35,574 nt of DNA from a virus (taxonomy: Duplodnaviria > Caudoviricetes): IMG/VR virus record IMGVR_UViG_3300037634_001146, positions 1 to 35,574 of that record; one strand, written 5' to 3'. A model generated the notes under the pieces. It searched no databases and was not told where the DNA came from. It saw only the letters and a program-made list of their open reading frames with translations. Positions 30,080-35,574 of this stretch are shown here, one piece after another (within the stretch, counting starts at the first letter, position 1; every line of letters begins with the position of its first letter). The position numbers and the translations under genes were made by a program.

Positions 30080-30613
30080 TTAATATCCATTACTAATTTG
30101 ACGTAACTCTAATGTAGTATCTAATACCGCATCGGATATGGTAAATGTATTTTCAGAAGCAATGATATTAATAACTAAATTAGTTCCTATATTAGTTATT
30201 TGAAATTTTAACGCTATCGTTAACATATGACCGTCTTTACTAGTAACCATTTCTATATCATTAATTGTAATATAAGGCAACCAATATTCGATATCTTTTG
30301 TTATATTATCCTTTAATCTAGATTTTACATCGTTAGTATTATTTTCAAATAACATATTATAAATATCTGTACCGAATTCCGGTTGCATATATCTTTCGCC
30401 TTTGCGAGTTAACAGTAAATTTTTTAAATTTGATATAACTTGCTCTTCAGTAGTATACGTCAAATTAAACACGGCTGTTCCATCTAGACTACTCGACATA
30501 TAATGGCTTTCAACTGACCGACGTTTACTAGAATTGTTAAATGGTAATGATATTCCAATAGCTACATCAGGTGTATTATTAATAGGTTGATATTTATAAA
30601 TCGGTCTAGCCAC
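30080..30613 (-). CDS. Baseplate protein gp25-like (GPW/gp25)
   Basis: NLKNLLLTRKGERYMQPEFGT...YWLPYI motif; GTG start. Confidence 0.9.
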   Translation of the reverse strand: MARPIYKYQPINNTPDVAIGISLPFNNSSKRRSVESHYMSSSLDGTAVFNLTYTTEEQVISNLKNLLLTRKGERYMQPEFGTDIYNMLFENNTNDVKSRLKDNITKDIEYWLPYITINDIEMVTSKDGHMLTIALKFQITNIGTNLVINIIASENTFTISDAVLDTTLELRQISNGY

Positions 30614-31065
30614 TATCTAATCTTTTTCTTTTTATCAATTGCTTTCATTAAAGCAGAATAATCTTTTGTCATTGCATTTACAGTTGAAGCAACATTTTCA
30701 TTTGACATATTAACAGCTTCTCCATTAATTCCTGTTGTAGCTAATGGCTGATTTCTATCAGGCATTCCAAATGCATCTGCCATTTCCGATTTAAAATTCA
30801 TTGTACTCCATTCTGCCATTTCCGGTGCAGCCGGCAAAGCAGCCGTCTCATTTAACAGATCATTTAACATAGAATTTTTTGTGAATTGTTTTTTAGCCAC
30901 CGGACGATTAGGCATTGGATTTTCTGTAACATGTGATAAATTCATTCCATGTTCGATAACTTGTTTGTGATTAGTTTTTTGTTCAGTCAATACTTGGCGT
31001 ACTGCGGTCTGAACTTCTTCTCTAATAATTTTTCGTAATAACTTTACAAATGATTTTGAGCCCAT
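30613..31065 (-). CDS. Hypothetical protein with an N-terminal LRKIIREEV motif
   Basis: 150-aa ORF with an AAGGA RBS, preceded by ATATTTATT. Confidence 0.75.
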   Translation of the reverse strand: MGSKSFVKLLRKIIREEVQTAVRQVLTEQKTNHKQVIEHGMNLSHVTENPMPNRPVAKKQFTKNSMLNDLLNETAALPAAPEMAEWSTMNFKSEMADAFGMPDRNQPLATTGINGEAVNMSNENVASTVNAMTKDYSALMKAIDKKKKIR

Positions 31066-31080
31066 AGTATTATCCTTTTT

Positions 31081-31089
31081 AATAAATAT
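31081..31089 (-). promoter_or_regulatory. ATATTTATW motif (putative late promoter)
   Basis: ATATTTATT, 15 nt before the ATG at 31065. Confidence 0.55.
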
Positions 31090-31103
31090 GTTACATTAAT
31101 AAA

Positions 31104-31721
31104 TTAGTCGAATTGACTAGTACGTTTTTGGTATTCTTCTACATCATATAATTCAATTTCACGACTAGCCTTTGATATCGATTGTTGCATTGCAGATTTA
31201 GCTTGTAACATAATTTGTGGTATATCTATGCCTTGGTCCTTTGCTTCATCTTTAATTTTCTTTGAAAGAAATGGAATATTCCATGTCGGTATAGTAGTTC
31301 CAAATGGTGTAAAAATTGATTTACCTAAAGTCCAATTTATGTATATAGCCTTTGCTAATGCATCACATAAAAATTTTTTATCTTTTTTTAAAACGACAGT
31401 AGCAGCATATAATGGTTGAGTGCCTTTAAGTGGAGGAGGAGCGATTCCAGTAAATAATCCAGCAGATATAGGCGACATTCCATTTGCATTTTGTTTTGCA
31501 AATACATTTACCGCATCTTCAATACCTTTAACTTTACCATATCGCCACGCCGAATTATATGCATGCATGGCAGGGATAATTCCTGTAGCCGCGCCTAATG
31601 TGGGAGGAATAATAGTTAATGAGAATTTAGCTAATGTAATACCTAATTTTAGACCATTTAATGGACTATTATTATCTATCATTCCTTGAAGCTCAGCTGA
31701 AAGCCATGATGGTTTATGCAT
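31104..31721 (-). CDS. Hypothetical protein
   Basis: 205-aa ORF coupled (TAATG) to the spike-like gene. Confidence 0.7.
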   Translation of the reverse strand: MHKPSWLSAELQGMIDNNSPLNGLKLGITLAKFSLTIIPPTLGAATGIIPAMHAYNSAWRYGKVKGIEDAVNVFAKQNANGMSPISAGLFTGIAPPPLKGTQPLYAATVVLKKDKKFLCDALAKAIYINWTLGKSIFTPFGTTIPTWNIPFLSKKIKDEAKDQGIDIPQIMLQAKSAMQQSISKASREIELYDVEEYQKRTSQFD

Positions 31722-32713
31722 TATTGTTTCATCCGTTTTATTTCTGTTAATATTTTTGTAAAATCTGCAATGTTTATAGGTGGCCCGGATGGTCCTACTC
31801 CTGTAGGGTGTGTCATTTGTGTTATGGCAGTTACTAATGCTTCTAATTGAGTTACTAAATTATCCACATCTACAGACCAATTTGGAGTTGCTAGTTTAAT
31901 ATCTTTTTTAGATACTAATACTAATTCATCTTCTCGTGCATTAAATATTAATCGATTAGATGATATAATTACTTGAGGATTTGTATATGATGTTAATGAT
32001 TTAGTTTGTAAACCTATTTTACGTTGTGCTAATTTTAAATTATTTATTTTTTGTGTTGATGATAAATAAATTAAACTTGAATCTTTATCTGGATTTTCTA
32101 TTGTAAAATAACCTGACTTGCGAGTACCATCGATACCACATGTTAATGATATAAATGGATCGCCGGCAGTTTTACCTTGCCATATCGGTTTTTGAGAATA
32201 TGAAGATAAATTTTTATGCGTACTAGAGAATCGTAACACAGAGCCAAAACGATCTTGTAAGATTGTATCTCCTTGGTACGGTTGTATTGTAACAATATTA
32301 CGTGGCTCGAAAGATAATTGTTCCGGAGTTTTGGCTTTAATAGTAGATTTAATACCAGATTGTAAATAATTATTAATCTGAGGCCGTGTATCATTAATAA
32401 ATGGTAATATATTATTATTTAATTGTCCATGGACATTTATCGCTGAAAAATAGTAATATTGAGCTTGTTTCTTATTTTCAGAATTACCAGATATTGCACT
32501 GAATACTATTACTTGTTCTCCGTATAACGGTATATTTAAATAACTGGCATTAGCAGGTATTGCATTTACATCAACGGCTCGTTTACCAGTACTTATTCGT
32601 ACACGAATAGTCCCTGGAGATAATTCTATATCACGATTATCGGTAAATTGATCAAACTGAGTTGGATTCGAGGTCTGTATTACTTGACCTATCTGTAGAT
32701 TGATGTTGTTCAC
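31721..32713 (-). CDS. Baseplate hub/spike protein (gp5/gpV-like)
   Basis: N-terminal OB-fold-like region (IPLYGEQV), GDTILQDRFGSVLRF, and a C-terminal THPTGVGPSGPP apex motif. Confidence 0.65.
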   Translation of the reverse strand: MNNINLQIGQVIQTSNPTQFDQFTDNRDIELSPGTIRVRISTGKRAVDVNAIPANASYLNIPLYGEQVIVFSAISGNSENKKQAQYYYFSAINVHGQLNNNILPFINDTRPQINNYLQSGIKSTIKAKTPEQLSFEPRNIVTIQPYQGDTILQDRFGSVLRFSSTHKNLSSYSQKPIWQGKTAGDPFISLTCGIDGTRKSGYFTIENPDKDSSLIYLSSTQKINNLKLAQRKIGLQTKSLTSYTNPQVIISSNRLIFNAREDELVLVSKKDIKLATPNWSVDVDNLVTQLEALVTAITQMTHPTGVGPSGPPINIADFTKILTEIKRMKQ

Positions 32714-33077
32714 TATCCAGTTCCTTGCTATTTGCTTGCAATTTTTTAACTTCTGATTCGGCTTCTTCTAATAATCGTCGACGTTCTTCATCAGATAAAC
32801 CGAACTCATTATCTTCCGATTCTTTATTACTAGCTGATACTAGCCGTTGCACAACTGCTGCTAATTTAACTAAGGCATCATCATTTTTTACAGATATTTC
32901 TAAATAATCTTTTATCATAGGAACTAATACAGTGGCATCGCCGGTATTTTTTATTAATGGCTGTAATTCTTTAATAAGGCCTTGTATTTGTCTATCTTTC
33001 TTTTTCGAGTTATGATATATATCACGCATCAAATCAGAAAAATTTGTTCCATTAAATAACTCGAATTCTGCACTCAT
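32652..33077 (-). CDS. Conserved-looking hypothetical helical protein
   Basis: 141-aa ORF with a strong RBS and the upstream motif; overlaps the next gene by 62 nt. Confidence 0.75.
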   Translation of the reverse strand: MSAEFELFNGTNFSDLMRDIYHNSKKKDRQIQGLIKELQPLIKNTGDATVLVPMIKDYLEISVKNDDALVKLAAVVQRLVSASNKESEDNEFGLSDEERRRLLEEAESEVKKLQANSKELDSEQHQSTDRSSNTDLESNSV

Positions 33078-33079
33078 GA

Positions 33080-33107
33080 TAATCCTTTTATATAAATATA
33101 AGGATTA
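33080..33107 (-). promoter_or_regulatory. ATATTTATA motif (33091-33099) inside an 8-bp stem-loop that covers the RBS
   Basis: Minus strand reads TAATCCTT-ATATTTATATAA-AAGGATTA-TC-ATG. Confidence 0.6.
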
Positions 33108-33890
33108 ATTAATTATATTGATTATATGGCCGGACTTACGGTATACTGCATACATTTTCATATAATCACGTTTCATGATATTTAATACTTTAGTAATATT
33201 CTGAGTTTTAAGGCCTGTACGTTCTCGTATTAAAATATATAACGCCTTTTTATTAAAGTTTTCTATATTTTCACGAATCCGGAACAATTCTAGAATTGTA
33301 TCAGCTACTATAATATCACGTTTATTATAAAAAATTGTATTCATATTTTTATCATACCAATCAACCCATAAATTGGTAAAATCTCGTAACGAGTCTTGAT
33401 GATCAGATAATGCTACTTCGGCAGTAACATTTCTATTACCATCGATTTCAGTAGTATCAGTCCGCAATTTCATTTTAGCATAATTTGAGTTATTTTGTAT
33501 AATAAGATAATTTTTAGCAACTATAGAAAAATAAGAAAAAGCTTTTCCTTTACCTTCTTGGTATTTTCCAATTTTTTCTGTTAAAAAGGCTACTACCTCG
33601 GCTTTAATATCTTCATATGGTACATCGAAATATGAAAATCGAAATGTATGATATATATTTTCAACTAATTTATTAAATGGATAATTAATATGTTCGCGAA
33701 ATACTTTATTTCGCTTTGCATAACTAGATTCATTATTATAAGCAACAATTGCTTTATCTGTCATATATGTAAAATACATATTTTTAGTTGGCTTTCGTCC
33801 TCTACGTTTTTTAGGACCGTTAGCTTCAATATCCGCTTCTTCTGCGGCTAGCCATTCGTAAAATTTATCAACAGGGCTCAGCTCTTCCAT
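33105..33890 (-). CDS. Putative phage sigma factor (T4 gp55-like late sigma)
   Basis: YFT...AIVAYN, KLVENI..TFRFSY, and KYQEGKGKAFSYFSIVAKNYLI resemble sigma region 2 of gp55-type factors. Confidence 0.6.
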   Translation of the reverse strand: MEELSPVDKFYEWLAAEEADIEANGPKKRRGRKPTKNMYFTYMTDKAIVAYNNESSYAKRNKVFREHINYPFNKLVENIYHTFRFSYFDVPYEDIKAEVVAFLTEKIGKYQEGKGKAFSYFSIVAKNYLIIQNNSNYAKMKLRTDTTEIDGNRNVTAEVALSDHQDSLRDFTNLWVDWYDKNMNTIFYNKRDIIVADTILELFRIRENIENFNKKALYILIRERTGLKTQNITKVLNIMKRDYMKMYAVYRKSGHIINIIN

Positions 33891-34174
33891 TAAAATCCTT
33901 TATTAAGATCATCTATAATATCACGTAACTCGGTAAATATAAACCCAGTTTCATCATCCGCTTCAAATGAACCTAATCTATCGATTTGTTTTAATTTAGA
34001 ATTAGATTCATTCATACGTGATTTTAATGTATTGAAAAATTGATAATATTCTGTATTAGAATTTTCTAACTCATCTATATATTCTTCATGTGCTTCTTGT
34101 TTTCGGATTTGATTGAAATTTATCAATACCGAAGTAATTAATAGTACTGATAATATTATAATAGTTGTTACCAT
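33890..34174 (-). CDS. Small membrane-anchored hypothetical protein (start probably 34174, MVTT...)
   Basis: GGAG RBS before the ATG at 34174; N-terminal TM helix followed by a coiled coil. Confidence 0.7.
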   Translation of the reverse strand: MVTTIIILSVLLITSVLINFNQIRKQEAHEEYIDELENSNTEYYQFFNTLKSRMNESNSKLKQIDRLGSFEADDETGFIFTELRDIIDDLNKGF

Positions 34175-34175
34175 A

Positions 34176-34919
34176 TTATTCTCCGAATAAGTCGTTAAAC
34201 ATTTTATTAGCATTAATTTGTGTCTGCGGGCTAGTTATTTTCTTTTTGGGAGCATTTGTAGTAATTGGTTTATTATTATTCCAACGCTCATATTCAATTC
34301 TGGCAGCCATGCCATCGGCTTGGTGCATTATATATCCTAAATTTGTTTTTAATTTAGCATCTGATGATCTAGATATGAAATATGGTTTATTTGAATCGTC
34401 ATATAATCCGTCTGTTAATTTAATACCTAACATTTCATTCCAGGATATTTCTATTCCATAATGTTGCAATAACCAAATAGATAAATCATTTACTAATGTA
34501 AATGGGTTATTAGGATTAATCTTATATTCTCTACCTTGGTTCTTCCTATGCCATTCAGAATCATTAATTTGATATATCTCATTACCATCACCAGGAAATC
34601 CCATTTTACCAATATCATGATTTAACGCAGTAAAGATAAGCTCTTCATGTGTATAGCCGGACATATCTGCTTCCATATCTGTCCATAATGTATATACTTT
34701 TTTTGCACATTTAATTACGCGTAATACATGTTCTACATATCCTCCTGGAAAGGCATTATGAAAGTGGCTATAAGAAGAAGCCGGCGCTAATGCCATTCTA
34801 TCTTCCATATCAGTATACATTGATAATAACTTATCTTTACGTGTTCCTGTAAATTCTGTTTTAATGACGTTTAATAATTCGTCCCAATTTTGTGCTATTT
34901 GGTCAGCTGTTAATTTCAT
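34176..34919 (-). CDS. HD-domain phosphohydrolase
   Basis: HNAFPGGYVEHV, NHDIGK and HQAD metal-binding motifs (YhaM-like arrangement). Confidence 0.85.
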   Translation of the reverse strand: MKLTADQIAQNWDELLNVIKTEFTGTRKDKLLSMYTDMEDRMALAPASSYSHFHNAFPGGYVEHVLRVIKCAKKVYTLWTDMEADMSGYTHEELIFTALNHDIGKMGFPGDGNEIYQINDSEWHRKNQGREYKINPNNPFTLVNDLSIWLLQHYGIEISWNEMLGIKLTDGLYDDSNKPYFISRSSDAKLKTNLGYIMHQADGMAARIEYERWNNNKPITTNAPKKKITSPQTQINANKMFNDLFGE

Positions 34920-35530
34920 ATTATTGTATCAATTACGTTATATTCTTTTAATTGTTCCGCGGTTAAATATAAATCTGATTTCATATTATCTTTCCACCAT
35001 ACCTGATCTTTATTTGTTTTATCTGCTAATATATCATATATAGTCTTTTCTATATTCTTGACATTATCTAAATACGCCGATATATCGCTCATCTTGCCAC
35101 CTAAGAAACTTGATGATTGATGAAACATTACAGTCGATCGTTTACTCATCATCCGTGACCCAGTACCACATGCTAATATAATTGCTGCTGCTGAAAAGGC
35201 TCTACCTCTACAAATCGTATTTACTGGTACTTCTAAAGATTCGATATAGTCAATAATTCCTAACATTTCATGAACGTCACCACCTGGTGAATTTATCATT
35301 AAATTAACAGGTGCCTTTTTATCTTCGCGGTTTTGTAATAAACTACGCATACGAATAATTAAATCTGTCAATGTATTATCATTTATCTCATCATTAAGAA
35401 ATATTATCGAATCATTATAATCAACTAATGTTGCTAATTGATTATGCAAGGCTTCATATAATGAGCCATTTCCTTTATTTTCTTCGATAGGCAGTTCCGG
35501 ACGCGCCGCCTTTTCATCGTATATACTCAT
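34916..35530 (-). CDS. clpP: ClpP-like protease proteolytic subunit
   Basis: INSPGG, GRAFSAAA (Ser), VMFHQ (His), KSDLYL (Asp). Confidence 0.9.
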   Translation of the reverse strand: MSIYDEKAARPELPIEENKGNGSLYEALHNQLATLVDYNDSIIFLNDEINDNTLTDLIIRMRSLLQNREDKKAPVNLMINSPGGDVHEMLGIIDYIESLEVPVNTICRGRAFSAAAIILACGTGSRMMSKRSTVMFHQSSSFLGGKMSDISAYLDNVKNIEKTIYDILADKTNKDQVWWKDNMKSDLYLTAEQLKEYNVIDTII

Positions 35531-35554
35531 CTATTACCTTTTATTAATTTATTA

Positions 35555-35574
35555 AATATAAAGAATTTTTTTCG
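35555..35574 (-). promoter_or_regulatory. Probable sigma70-like promoter -10 (TATATT); -35 lies outside the window
   Basis: CGAAAAAAATTCTT-TATATT is in register with CGAAATATTTTTGA-TATATT of the primase promoter. Confidence 0.45.

Noticed and set aside
32652-33077. Small terminase assignment for the 141-aa helical protein
   Set aside because: The size and helicity fit, but there is no diagnostic motif and it lies far from terL; left as hypothetical.
86-34461. Plus-strand ORFs from the track (e.g. 1945-2313, 8483-8872, 10874-11431) and the nested minus-strand ORFs 11661-11894 and 32143-32394
   Set aside because: They lie wholly or almost wholly within well-supported minus-strand genes and have no recognisable motifs; they are antisense or alternate-frame shadows.
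1-35574. Alternative genetic code (stop-codon reassignment as in some large phages)
   Set aside because: Genes are full length and densely packed under code 11, and TAA, TAG and TGA all serve as plausible stops.
1-35574. tRNA genes or intrinsic terminators
   Set aside because: Nearly all gaps are too short, and no cloverleaf or GC-rich stem followed by a U-tract was seen.

Overview
AT-rich dsDNA bacteriophage segment. It looks like a large myovirus-type phage that is a distant relative of T4, and every credible gene lies on the minus strand. In transcription order (right to left) it encodes: ClpP; an HD-domain hydrolase; a small membrane protein; a gp55-like sigma factor; a baseplate/tail module (gp5-like spike, gp25, gp6/baseplate-J, gp7-like wedge, fibre-base proteins, LamG protein); an embedded DNA-metabolism cassette (T7 endonuclease I-like nuclease, primase, single-chain Mre11-Rad50/SbcD-SbcC fusion); a 1777-aa tail fibre-like protein and a short S74 chaperone protein; an 818-aa fusion of an NMNAT/cytidylyltransferase-like domain with an RNA-ligase-like domain; small probable head proteins; a holin; a T4 gp17-like terminase; and the 5' end of the portal gene, which is missing from the ORF track. 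All 11 intergenic gaps of 20 nt or more carry one of two motif classes. Eight carry ATATTTATW 13-21 nt before the start codon, which contains the reverse complement of the T4 late promoter or a one-base variant of it. Three carry a sigma70-like TTGnnn-N17-TATATT (the one at the window edge shows only the -10). Family assignments come from motif recognition, not database searches.
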